Origin: Octopus bimaculoides
Taxonomy: Eukaryota
Length of the DNA: 64,000 nt
Assembly (NCBI RefSeq): GCF_001194135.2
Contig: NC_068991.1
Span: 44,341,317-44,405,316, forward strand
Direction of reading: 5' to 3'
Both the position numbers and the translations under genes were made by a program. Shown in pieces: positions 50,325-63,109 of the stretch. The notes below the pieces were generated by a model, which was given only the letters and a program-made list of their open reading frames with translations, was not told the origin of the DNA and searched no databases. Position 1 is the first letter of the stretch. Each line of letters opens with the position of its first letter.

Positions 50325-52074
50325 CTTTCTGTTAAGGAGTAAAATTCCACCACTGAAAATCATGTACAGAAGAAAATCATTTGCAATGAATGTATACGTT
50401 AAATATTACTGCAACACTAAAACTACCAAAAAAAAAAAAAATCTCAAAACCAGTATTTAGAGGTAATGATAATGGTTACTTTCACTAAGTTATTGTTATA
50501 TACTTATTGAATAAGAGCTGTGATTACCTAAATTTAAAAGTTTTTAATGAGAATCTATAAGTATACAATATTTTACATATTTGTTATGTAGATTTTCAAT
50601 CATCACAAATGCCCCAAATTGCATAAGATGAATTCAATATAAACAAATTCATAATTAATTGTAAACCTCCTATTCATTTATAGTGTTGAGATTCCAAAAC
50701 AAAATTTAACACTAGAGACAATTTATCATCATCACATTTCCATGCCTGCATGGGAATTGGATGAGGCAGGTTTCCTATGACCTGATGCCCTTCCTTTTGT
50801 CAACTTCACTTGTTTCCATAAAAGGTAATACTTCCTCATAGCCTGACATGTTCTCATGGAAGATTGGAAATTGTGGACACCATTTGTACAATGGTAATAC
50901 TTCTTTACAACTTGTAAGCAATATCAAAGACATGGAGACACTTATATATGTGTGTATATGTATATAACAAATGCCTTTCAGTTTCCATCTACCAAATCAA
51001 CTCATAAGATTTTTGTTGGCCCAGGAGCTATAGTTGAAGACACTCAAGTTTCTTCTACAATTTATTCCACTGATCACATTCTGCACTCAGTGACATTGGT
51101 TATCTGGAGTAACAACATGTAGCACACATGGGAGGATTTGACCAATGGACCAAGTGAGAGTTCATGTTTCACACTTACAAAGCAGNNNNNNNNNNATGGA
51201 CCCAGTGAGAGTTCATGTTTCACACTTATAAAGCAGAATTATAACAATTTCTGTGAATATTCTCTTTTCAAACTGTCTGGAATGGGCTCTACATATCTCG
51301 ATGCTCTTCAAGCCTGTCGTGAATATCCTGCTGAGTTCACATCCTATCACTAGCACTGTTGTTGTTGTTTAGCTCCAGGTCAATTCAGTTTCATTAAACC
51401 TATGATCAAATGCATTCCAGCCATGAATATTCAATCTTATATTCAGTGTGTGACACACAACTATGTCCTTGTTTTAGGTGATATGATACGACAGAAATTA
51501 GCTACTTTTAATACATGAGCTGTCATATAGAGGTTCCTTTAATACATTGTATCTACAGGCAACACATTTTCAATGAACAACTCCCGTCTAGAAATAAGTA
51601 TTGCAATTAGCTTGATTCAGCAAGTAGTGGCAATATAGTGCAGTTGAGTATGTCATTAACTTAGTGTAGCAGTTATTGTTCCTCATTCATCATTGACATC
51701 AATGTTGATAAATGAATTGATATTCTGCAGTGGAGTTAATGATTATTTCATTTATATACAACAGCTGAATTATAGGCTTTCATATAAAGCCATGTACAGT
51801 TGAAAACCTTCTATCTCTAAGAACATTACTCTTTCATCCATCTAAAGTACTGGCACCAGGTTGATTATTGTTTTCTATTAGAAAACTTTACCTTTTTGTT
51901 TTTAACCTTATTGTAGATATTAAATCTGGTTTCTTCTCTTTCAACTACATTAATTGTACATTTTTGTTTGAAATTATAAGTTTTACAGATTTGTCCAAAA
52001 CAGTGGCTCTTGACTATTTGCAAAAGTAATCCAAATAATTCTGTCACAGTTTTCAATGCAATTCAAAAGGATAC
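50325..52074 (-). other. MOCS3: U12-type (minor spliceosome) GT-AG intron of MOCS3
   Basis: 5' splice site GTATCCTTTT (52074-52065), branch point TCCTTAAC (50338-50331) just upstream of the AG, and no canonical polypyrimidine tract between them. Confidence 0.88.
51186..51195. other. 10-N gap flanked by a duplicated ~40-bp sequence
   Basis: atggacc(a/c)agtgagagttcatgtttcacactta(c/t)aaagcag on both sides. Confidence 0.95.
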
Positions 52075-52174
52075 TGATAGCCTTCTTTGGCAGAGAACAG
52101 ATTTCTAATTCAACAGGTTGTCGAACATCAATAAGGACATGAGGCAAGTGTTGGTCAAGAAAAGTTTTGTATTC
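52075..52174 (-). CDS. MOCS3: MOCS3 rhodanese-domain exon 1 (phase 0 to 1)
   Basis: ttgcag|GAA ... ATC A|gtatcctttt; EYKTFLDQHLPHVLIDVRQPVELEICSLPKKAI (DVR..E..IC.LP motif). Confidence 0.93.
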
Positions 52175-52180
52175 CTGCAA

Positions 52181-52825
52181 ACAACAACAATAATTTCAAA
52201 TTTAGGAACAAGGCCAGAAGTTTTGAGGGGAAGGGTTACTTGATTATACTGACTCTACTACTTGACTGATACTTTATTTTATTGACCTGAGAGGAATGAA
52301 ATAAAAACTTCACTTCAGGATTTGAGCTCAGAATGTAAAGAGCTGAGAGAAATACTGCAATACATTTCATCCAACATCCTACAGATTCTGCTTATCTACT
52401 TCCCTTATAATAATTGTTTTTAAGAAGGCGGTGAGCTGGCAGAAATGTTAGCATGCTGGGCGAAATACTTAGCGGTATTTCGTCAGTCTTTAAGTTCTGA
52501 GTTCAAGGTTAACTTTGCCTTTTGTCTTTTTGGGGTCAATAAATACTAGCAACGTATTGGGGTTGATCTAATCAACTGCCCCCCTCCCCCTAAATTTTTG
52601 GCCTTGTGCCTAAAGTAGAAAAGAATTGTTTTAAATTTATGGACAAGGCCAGCAATTTTTACAGGGAGGTAGTTAGTCCATTATATGAACCCATGAACCC
52701 AGTACTTGATTCTGGAAAGATGAAAAGTAAAGATGATTTTGACATGATTTGAACCCAGAATGTAAAGAGCTGGAAGGAAATACTGCAGGGCACTTTTTCT
52801 AACACTAACAATTCAGCTCTTATTA
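52181..52825. mobile_element. three adjacent SINEs in alternating orientation (52181-52410 minus, 52425-52625 plus, 52633-52825 minus)
   Basis: Same family as 8755-9342. The plus copy is well preserved (aaggcggtgagctggcagaa...gttctgagttcaa...gccttgtgcctaaagtagaaa). Confidence 0.85.
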
Positions 52826-53234
52826 TGGTAGGCACTAAAAATCAGTGATGCTGTAAGAGAATTATCAGCAAATATGTAAAAGGTAGGTAAACAGTGTGGT
52901 TCATCATAGATAAAGAGTTGGATATTAGTGTTGAAAAACTAATTGGAAGGAAAACCCATGGAAAGGTGGAATATTTAAATCTTGGAGTCAATTTTTATAT
53001 CACTGTGCTACTTAAAACACCAAAGTGGTTATTGTGGGGGGCTAACCATTCTCCAGATTGAAAAACTGAAATTGTTAGTGTAATTAGAAAAAAAAATAGG
53101 TTAATTTGGAAGAGATTTAGCTTAGATGAGATGCATACTGAAGTACCACCAATAATCTCTTTCTAGTGAGACAACTTCTGAAGAAGGTCTTTCAAAGAGT
53201 ATCATATTTAGAATAGTTGTCAGGTGCAGATTGT

Positions 53235-53445
53235 GGAGGCACATGGCTTAGTGGTTACGGTGTTGCATTTGTGATTGTACCTGGACTGGGCAATATATTG
53301 TGTTCTTGAGCAAAATACTTCATTTCATGTTGCTGTAGTTTACTCAGCTAACAAAACTTACTAATCCTGTGATGGACCAGCATCCTGTCCAGGTAGGGAA
53401 TATATATGCCACAGGATTCAGGAAACTAGCCTTATGAGCCTATGG
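53235..53445 (+). mobile_element. tRNA-head SINE
   Basis: ggcacatggcttagtggtta (A box) ... tgtgttcttgagcaaaatactt ... gatggaccagcatcctgtccagg. Confidence 0.65.
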
Positions 53446-55229
53446 ATCTTTGATTCTTTTGAGGTGTAGATGAATAGTTTGTGAGAGCCCCATGTCAACC
53501 ATGTACAAAGATAAGTCAAAAAGGTAAAAGTTAGCAATGTAGACAGGTGTCACACCAACACTCATTTCTCAGCTTCCTCCTGTTTATCATAGTTCAACAA
53601 GCCATAATATAGGAGTTTAAGACCAGCTATCCATGTAAGCTGATGACCTAATTCTCATAACTGATTCCGTTAAAGAATTAGAGAAGAAATTCCAAAGGTT
53701 GAAAGAAAACCAAGAATGATACTTCGTACCAATTATCAGATAACAGCACACTCACTAGTAAGAAAATGGGATCATGAGCTTTAAAATTGAACCAATATAG
53801 TGTGAAAGACTCAAGATATTAAAATATGTAAAGAACCAAACCACAGTAATATACAACAAAAAAATATATTAAAACAAAAACGTGCAATATGAAGGGAAAT
53901 TCCATGATGCCTATCTTTTATGCTTATTTTTATGTTTAAGATTTTTTTCAAGTAGAGTGACTTAAATTGTTCAACAACAAGAATGCAACATCAGGGCAGT
54001 AAACTGGATGAGCATGCTTTTATAAGAGCACTAAACTCAATATAATTAAAATACATCATGCTAAATTGATATGAAATGAGCTGTTATACAGATTTGAAGA
54101 GAAAGACTGCATCAATTTAATGAAAATAGCAGTAACAAACTACCAAAATTTATCAAACAGAAACCCCAAGTTAACAATAAGATATCTCTCAATTGTTTAA
54201 GTAAATGTCATTGGTAAATTCAACCTAAATAACAACAATAAATGGTAATTATAAGTTTAAACATTAAGCAATAGCTTATTGTCTTTGATGTTACGACTGC
54301 AAAATGTAGCCCTTTCCAATTCAATGAACAAAATATTTAGTACAGTCCTTAAACCATATTAAAACAATATCTGCTGTGTTTTGGAACAATGACCTACATT
54401 GCTCTTCATGTGGTTACTTCCATACCATAAATCAATAGAGATAAGAGTATCTAGTGTCAACCACAATAATAGTTAGAAGTAGCTGTAGCTTCCTTAAGAT
54501 ACAATAGAAAATAATAATATATTTTGTCTTCACTAACCACACAATGAAACCAGTTATGAGCTGGATATATGTGTGTGTGTGGTATAGTGGGACAACAGAA
54601 AACGCAAACCCAAACAACAGATGCAGACAAATTCAACCTCCTCATCAGTTGACAAAATTTCATCACAATTTTGACCTTTTTAAAAATATTGTCAAGTTTG
54701 TCAGAGTCAGCAACATAAGCTACTTATGTATAAATAAGTGGACATGATAGATGAACAAGGACAGAGAAATTGAGACAAGTACAATAACAAAAGGTTTGTA
54801 TACCAAAGAGTAAATAAAGAAGAGTTATGAGGAAAATAGGCAAGGATAAAACAACACAGATATTTATAGATATATAAAAGTGTTTTTTTTCTTCTTTTAA
54901 TTAAAAAAAATAGACAAACCAGATTGAAATAAAGCTACTGACAAATAGAATGAGTAGTCAATTGAAAAAAAGAATGGGTAACTTAAAAACAGGAAGATCA
55001 AATGGTATCTTTTGGGAGGGAAATCATGCAGATGGATTGAAAGACAGAATGAGAGAAGAAGGGCTGTTGCAGAGATAATACAGAGTAGGGAGGGGTAATA
55101 TGAAAAAAAGGGAAAAAACAGAAAGAGATAAACAGCTAAGGAAGGAAAATAGAGAGACGAATGAATGCAAGAAAAATATGTAAATAGAGAAAAATATAAG
55201 TATGCGATGATAGGTAAGCCAGTAGAGAG

Positions 55230-56640
55230 TGTCTGCCATGATCTCTGATCAATGGTTCCCACTCTAGGAAGGATCAGCCCTGAGATAAACTTGTCCAAGT
55301 CGGAGGTCATGAACGTCAACTATGATACAGAGGGCTTTGTAGCCTCCATCTTAGAGGTATGTTCACTACTTCACCAAGTACAGGTGACCTCAAAGGAGGA
55401 TGTCCTTACCCTTGGTTCACTGATCTTCCTGCCTGCCATTCTCTCCACCTTCAGTTCTAAGCTCCTCCAGCTTGAAAAATGTCCACCCAGCTCTGTTCCT
55501 GTTAAGGAACTGCTTCACCATGCTAAAGCTATTGTACACCCTCCACAGTGCTCCTTGCTACAACCACAGATCTCAATGCCTGTATCCAACAGGTCACCAA
55601 AGAGAAATGCAACATTCAGTTTGACAACACTGGATGGCAACAGGTCATCTTACTCATCACATATGCTGACCTTGGCTTCATTTTCCAGTCTCATTGGCCT
55701 TGCTGGCTTTTCTCGATGACTTCTTACCGTGTTTTCATTAACAAGGTTCTTTACAACACAATTGAGGCATGTGAGGCAGCCGATGCAACATGGAGCCAGC
55801 TCAGCCTATGTCCCATTGATGTCCATCTCCTCCCCTGTATGGACGTCTGAACCTCTCAAAAGAAATGGGACACCATCCAGTGTAGTATGACAGCAGACAA
55901 GTTAGTGTGCCAACTTGACCAGCACTGTCTGGTATGTTTCTGCTCAGCCTCTGAGCCTCACAGCAGAGCTTGGATCAATGCAGTACCATCACTTGCAAAT
56001 GGCACTAACCTTGATGGCAACTGCCTGCACATTGGCGTTTCCCTGAGGCTTGGTCTTCAGATCTGTGAGCCTCATGAATGCCGCTGCAGGTCCATTATGG
56101 ATTCTTTTGGCCTCCACCCGCAGTCATGCTGTCATAGTGCTGACTGCCTTTAGCAAGATCATAAAGCATGGCGTAGATGTCACAGGCTTCCCTTCCCAGC
56201 TCAAGCCAACAGGTAGAAGACCGTGGGGATGGTAGAAGGCCGGAAGGTATTACAATTTTCTCATTCTGTGGCAGTAGGCCTCTCATCTGGGATGCCACAT
56301 GTGATGTCATCTCCAGGGGCAACTTGGTATTATCAGTTACCAGCCCAGGCTCTGCTGCTGGTCAGGCTGAGGAAAAAAAAAAAACTGTTGAAGGTATCAG
56401 TCACTCTCTGACAGGTTTATGGTTGAGCCTGTGGCAGTTGAGACCTCCAGCATCCTTGGTCCCCAGACCATATCCCTGCTCACTGCTATCAGGGCAGAGA
56501 TTGCTGTCTGCAAATGCAAGCCCAGAGAATCAGAGTGGCTGTTCCAGTGCATCTCCCTTACTATCATCCAGGGCAATGCCTTTTACATTTTGTCTGCTGG
56601 TGCCATGAGAAATGTTTTTACATTGTGAGAGTCAAGATTC
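55230..56640 (+). mobile_element. 5'-truncated CRE-like non-LTR retrotransposon with restriction-like endonuclease, antisense in a MOCS3 intron
   Basis: EINLSKSEV and LGSLI (RT end), WSQLSL, Zn knuckle CRCRSIMDSFGLHPQSC, RLE motifs DGRRPEG, PLIWDATC, AEEKK, PVAVETS.LG and IQGNA. Frameshifted. Confidence 0.8.
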
Positions 56641-58307
56641 TCTGTATTTGAGTAATACAAAGAGAATGGGAAAAAACATTAACATCTTTGAATATTATTT
56701 TAATGAAAACAATAGGCAGAGAAAGCTAAGCATAAAGAAATAAGAGAGGGTAGATAAATATATAGAGGTATAAAGAGAAGTTATCACATGATAAAGGGCA
56801 AAGATAATGTGCCTTTCAGCCTGGTTTACACAAATCAGGGGATGGGAAATAATGAAAAAACGACTGACTATCAACGTGATCAATTCAAAACAATGGCTAG
56901 CTTGAAAATGGGAAGGTCATGTGATGCCTTTTGGGAAAGAAGAGAAGGAAAGAGTAGAGGTAGGTAGAGAGTAAGATAGAGAGAGGAAGGGCCATTGCAG
57001 AGATAAAACAGCTGGGAAGGGTGAAACAGAGATTAATAAAGTGAACAACAAAGATAAATGGATACAAAGTGATCGAAGAATGAGTAGAAAGATACAATAG
57101 CAGAAAGCTAAATGGATGTAAACATAAAAAGAAAGATACATAAATAGAGAAAAAGATAGAAAGATAATTAAGTGGAACTGGTAGACAGAGTAAGCAATAG
57201 AAAGGTTAGTATAAGGAAGAAGAGACAAATAGACATGTGGACAGATGGATAGAGAGAAAAGATAAATAGATGGATAGAGAAGGAAAGAGAGGCCTTGAGT
57301 AAAAATCTCAAATTAAACAAACCAGGAAATGGAATAACACAATTAACCAGTAGAAAGGTCAATTCAAAAAAGAACTGGTGGTCTGAGATTCAGGAAGAAG
57401 GCTTCATGATGCCTTATGAGAGAGGAGAAAGAGAAAGGTACAGGTGGGTTGAGAGAGAGGAGTAAAACAGAGTAGGAAGTGATGAAATGAGGAGAGAAGT
57501 AGATAGAGATAAATGGATGAAACTGGTACTGTCGGCTACAATGATGAGAGTTCCAGTTGATCCAATCGATGGAACAGTCTGCTTGTGAAATTAATATGCA
57601 AGTGGCTGAGCACTCTACAGACATGTACCCTTATGTGAAAATGATGGACAATGAAAGCAATAAGGAAGTATAAAGAAAGAATGAAATCATCATCTAACAT
57701 CTGTTTTCCATGCTGGCATGGGTGGGATGGTTTGACAGGATCTGGTGAGTCACAGGGCTGCATCAAGCTCCAATGTCAACTTTGGCATGGTTTTGATGGT
57801 TGGATACTCTTTCTAACATCAACCATTTTAGAGTGTGTACTAGGTGCTTTTTTTGTGGTACCAGCACCAGTGAAGTCACCAAGTAACTTGCAAGACAGGA
57901 AAAGAACACAAAAAGGTAAAAGTCCCTAAGTGGGGAGGGAAATATTTGAGGAGGGTGGAGGTGAATTTATGCCAAGTGTTGGTGGGTAGTTTAAATGCAA
58001 TAAGGAACAAGCCTGTCTTGCTATAGTGAAGATACATGGCTAGCCTGCATTATATAAGGGTGGGAATAGCTGGGATGAAAAGATGGTAGTGATGGGGAGC
58101 GAGAGCAAACACTTAAGGAGCTATATATCAGATATAAATAACCAATCAGTTATGGCTGCATCATAGGTTTTCTTGATAGAGCTAACAACTCCATGAACAC
58201 AAGTTAAAAACTATTGTAAATCAGAATACTTACACATAATGTCTGGTTGCAATAAGGAAAAGGAAATTTACAAATTGTCTGGCAACTAATTGGTCATATA
58301 AACTTAC

Positions 58308-58355
58308 CGCTGCTGAAATTCGATGTTCATTTGACAAAGTGGATACATGAGTTTC
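58308..58355 (-). CDS. MOCS3: MOCS3 48-nt linker exon (ETHVSTLSNEHRISAA)
   Basis: atattttcag|GAA ACT ... GCA GCG|gtaagt, phase 0 to 0. Fills the linker expected between DK and the rhodanese domain (human CRSLQLLSPEERVSVT). Not in the supplied ORF track. Confidence 0.9.
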
Positions 58356-60779
58356 CTGAAAATATATAATGACCAAAATTTAATGATACTTGGCTTTGTA
58401 GGAGTTATTGTGTTCCAAGAAAAAAGTACATCATTCCATTTGTGTTTTATGAACCTAACTGAACACAAAATTATATTTCCCACATCACAATTTATCAGAA
58501 AATATTATAAAAAGTTAAAATAAAAAAACAAGCAAAAACAATGATATTAAGTCATTACCATAATTAGCTTAACATTGACTTTCCAGTGTGTATACAACAG
58601 TTTCTCAAACTGGTTCTTTGCTTCATGTTAAAGCCTTACATCTTCAGAGTTAATTACTTTGTCTTAAATCTCTCTCAGCCTGCCTCTGCTACCTTAACCA
58701 ATTCAAGAAGTGCTTGGAATTCAATATATACATATTGGTTTACATGTCCACACCAACTTTATCTGGTTATCCATAACCCTCACACTTGAAGTTCTGTACA
58801 ATTTATGGCTACAAATTCTGCTTCCTCAGATCAACAAAAATCAAAAACGAGATGTTTATCGCATACACCAAACAATTATTTCAAATGTACATGTATTTAG
58901 TTTGTCATTCGTGTTCATGCTTCACATTTAAGATTACATTCATCATATAATGAAGGATTCATCTCTTCACTGCATTTGCTTTTCATTTCTGTTCATCCCA
59001 TCTGGACATTGGTATCATTCAATAAACTTTCCATGTCATTTAGTGCCAGTCAGTCCTAATCAAGCAGATCCATTATCAAAGATATTCCAATACTGGCCAT
59101 CTTATTTTGTTTATCTAAGGCTACATTATCCAACATCACAAAGTGATATCCAAGAGAGATTTGACTGCCATTCCTAGAAGGTTAAGAAGCCATGTAGAAA
59201 CTTCCAACATTGGCTAATGAATTCCTTTGTTACTTTCAAAAGTACAACTCAAAACATTAAGCTATAGTGGGTTAGATCACCCCTCTAATTAGATTATGTA
59301 TCAAAATTTTACCAAATACAAACAGCTAATTAACGTTGCTTGTTTAAGAAATTTGAATTGTATTTCAAAGACTGATTCTAAAATAAAATAATTCAATATA
59401 AGCAAATGTAATGGCAAAAATATATTGGATCAAGGCAAAAGAAGCTGAATATGAAAAGGCAATGTGAAATCACTCATGCTTATGTTTAATCTCCAGGATC
59501 ATCAAGAGAGGAATTTTGATTTTATGGCTTTATATGCATAAACATGTATGTGCTATATTTAGACATGTATATATTTCAACTAGAGGCATTCGACATTGCA
59601 TACATTCTCCTATATCTTTCTTTGCTGACAACAGTCTTCATGTAAAGATTTTACTCAAAGAAAGAAACTTAAAAAAGTATTTCTTTCTTCATATTAGTCA
59701 TATATAGCTACAAAAACTACTGCCACCACAACTACCAACAATTAGTAAGCTTCTTACACAACTGCTCAACATATACTCGCCTTAGAGCGAGTGCCTTGTC
59801 CCTGGCAATTCTAAAGAGCATTCTCTAGCCTTGTTTCTGATGAGGCAATCTTTCAAGTCCTTTCTAACTTTATTATGTCTTCATTCATTTGTCAATCCAT
59901 TTAGAGAGTGTACTGAGTGCATTCTGTTGTGTCCCCAGCAAGACTTGAATCCTCACTGCCTACATTGCCACCACTCATTCACCAATTACTTTACTGAGTG
60001 TATTGGGTGCAATTTATTGTGACACCAGCATTAACTAGGTTGTTTCATTCCCAGCAATACTAGAGTTCTCTGTAATCTGGTTTCTCTCTTCCCTTAATTA
60101 TCTTCATACACTCATTCCTTTCTTTCCCACACAACTGATGGGAAAAGAGTCAGAGTGGAGGAATGAAAGAATAGAAGCAAGAGGATGATAAAGGAGAAAG
60201 CAAGGGAGTGGTTGATAGCTACATGACTGTCGTTTGTAAAGAGATTGGATAGAAGCAACATGACCAAATGGGTGATAGGAGAAGAGTAATGGAAGTGGAC
60301 CAGAGTTATATGAATGAGAGGGAGAAAGAGAGAGAGAGAGTAAAGAGTACATGATGATGACAAATGGATTGAATAGAAACAGCATAAGCATTATGATTGG
60401 AGACTGTGCACACTATAAAGTGAATGATGAATGAAAAGAGACAACATACAGTAGAAAGGACTAGAGAGATTGTCTTGTTGGAAACAAAGCTAGAACAGAC
60501 TCTTTAACTTTGCTGGAGACAAGATATCCATGAACAATAAGGGAGTAATGAGAGAAACAGCAGGAGAGCAATGACTGGCAAAAGATCAACAAATTCAATT
60601 TGATGTCATCCCACATTACACAGATAATGTGATGGAAGAGCAAAGTGATAGAAGAGAGACACATTGATAGAAGGGTGAATGAAAGATGAGGAAGTAATGA
60701 AGACAGAGTGAGAGTGGTAAATGCAAACTCAATATGAACTTAATAGTAATGAGCAACCCACCTTACAATCCTAATCTCC

Positions 60780-61330
60780 ATGACTACTACCATCATTTTT
60801 ACATGTAATTTTCCTGGCTCGCAAGTTAGGTATTTCCACTGTAGCACAGCATTTCACAAGTCACAGACCCCTGTCATCTCCCTTATGAGGTTCTACTTCT
60901 CGATACTAGTCTTCACTACTTTGTCCAATGTCTTCTTTGGTTTCTCTCTTCCACAGATTCCATCTATTTGGAGCATTCAGCATTCTTTTATACAATGGAC
61001 ATCCCCCATAGGCATCAGTGTAGTCTTTTCTATTGCACATGACATTTGATTCCTCTTGCATCCAGTTTTCCACTCACCCTCAGCTCATTTGTGTTCCATC
61101 ACTTATGCAAACTAACATTCTACATCCAGTACAGCATGCTTGACTCATTTCTTTTCAGCTTTCATTAATCCTCTGCATTCAAGGTCTTTGTCTACAATGC
61201 ATCATTGCACTTCACAAACTATCATCGTAAATCTGTCCATCAATCTTTGCTGCTAGCAGAGGTAATAGTGTGCTAAACTTTGTCCACTCTGTTCTTATTC
61301 TGGAACTATGCTTTAAAACACTTCCACCAG
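60780..61330 (-). mobile_element. RTE-like LINE 3' remnant
   Basis: Minus strand LQIDGICGREKPKKTLDKVVK...LIREMTG (compare G.RGRP.K.W...V..D), followed by a short tandem tail. Confidence 0.65.
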
Positions 61331-62376
61331 TAATTTGGTCACCTGCATAACAAAAGCTGCCTCAGTTAACCTAGTTTCCAGGAATAAGTACATGTTCTTC
61401 AGGAAATGTTCTGTGAATGTTGTTTAGCGTTACAGCTCCGATTGAGTAGTCCTACAATCAAAGATGTTCCAGATGTTACAATCCCATCTTTACTTCAGCA
61501 AAGTATATTTACAACCACATTATCCCAATGTGTTCTTCCTTTTTTAAAATGGCAGAGTGTAATTTAAGGGAGATTTGACTGCTCTTTCTAGAAGGTCATA
61601 TAACATATGGCGGTACCATCCCTGGCTCATGTTGTGTGAATATTTTTTCATTGAATGAATTTATCTCTCATCAGTATAACAGTGTTGCACTTGGTATATG
61701 GGTCATTGTTGATTGGTATTAGCCATATGTTGTTACATAATAAACCAAATGTGAAATTTGTTGAAATACATTTTATTGTTATTGAAGTCATTTACAATAT
61801 TTACATTTATACATAAAAGTTTCCCAGTAGTTGCCAATAGTGTACTGTAGAAGGCTATAATTGGACATAGCTGTAATTAAGTTATGGATAAAATTATTAG
61901 TATCATGTCAGAGGCAAACTCCAGGTTGAATTTCAGCAAAGAAAAACTTGATGTTGTAAAGGCTAGTTGCTTATGCTTCAAAGGGCTGCTCTTTGATCTA
62001 GTCAGCTTCTACTTTTATAACTACAAAAGCACAGGAACCTAATGTTCTATATGGCATGATATTTCTGCTAGCTGATTGGTTGATAACCAGAAAACATCAC
62101 CTGGCATGAGTGTGGTCTTGTACTGGTAACTAAAACTGTGAGATTTTTATTCTAGGTCTCACTACAACAGTATTGAATCCAGAGCTCATGAAGACATTAT
62201 TTATCATCAGACACATACACACACTGTTGAACAGTTTATAACAACCAATAACAAAAACAACCTTAATGCAAAAAAATATTTCATTAAACAATTAAGGTTG
62301 TTTTTTTGCATTTTCTGTTCTAGAGAATAATGGTAAATTTTCTGAAAGGAAGAATAGCTACATTATAAAAACCTAC

Positions 62377-62537
62377 CTTATCATTTGATTGAGAGCCACA
62401 AAACTGTTCGTAGTCTATCAGCTTTGGTTTTGACCCATCTCCACAAGCAATGCAGTTCTTTTGACTTGGACGAAGTTTTACTTTGTGAAACGAGCAATCC
62501 ATACCATCAAACAGAAGTAAGTGCTGTTTCAGTGAAG
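62377..62537 (-). CDS. MOCS3: MOCS3/UBA4 exon: end of MoeB-like adenylation domain with Zn-binding CxxC
   Basis: xSLKQHLLLFDGMDCSFHKVKLRPSQKNCIACGDGSKPKLIDYEQFCGSQSNDK, donor AAG|gtaggt. Acceptor atttag| at 62537, with an in-frame alternative acaatag| at 62543. Aligns to human PSYSGSLLLFD...CAACG...DYEAFCG. Confidence 0.93.
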
Positions 62538-63109
62538 CTAAATCTATTGTTAAGGCATAATGCATTTACTATATTACAGTTGTCTTTGTGTTTGCAAATT
62601 TATGCAAATATGTGACAAGTACAGGAAATTAATTATAAAAGGCAAAAAAGGATGAAAGTGTGGATATGTGGTCAAACAGTATGTTTTTCAAACACATTTC
62701 TGGGTTTGATACTATAGCACTAATGTCATCTATCATAAACACTGAATGACTTAAACTTTCTAAGTGAAATTTTTGTATCATTCTGTCTTATCAATAATAT
62801 TAATATGCCAACTTGTTCTTTTTGTACGTATGGACCTGTGGTGTGTGTCACACTTACTTCAGAGGAAGAAGTGAGTGGCAAAGCAAGAGAAAGGCAGTAA
62901 GAGAGAAAGAGAGAGAGTGAGAGAAACAGTAAATGGTAACGGTGTTCGTTTTGTGTTTTTAAATGTTTCAGAGAAGAAGTAAGAGAGAATGAGAGAGAAA
63001 GACTGAATGAGAGAGAGAGAGTGAGAGAAAGAAAGAGAGAGTGAAAGAGACAGTGAGTGATGACAGCGTTCATTTTGTTTTTAAATGTTTATCACATCGC
63101 AAGAAAAGT

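Noticed and set aside
51983-52074. ORF-track extension SILLNCIENCDRIIW... of the MOCS3 exon
   Set aside because: It is read-through into the U12 intron. Homology resumes only in the 50324 exon.
59845-59880. CTGATGAG hammerhead-like core
   Set aside because: No stem II followed by GAAA downstream. The region looks like an old SINE.
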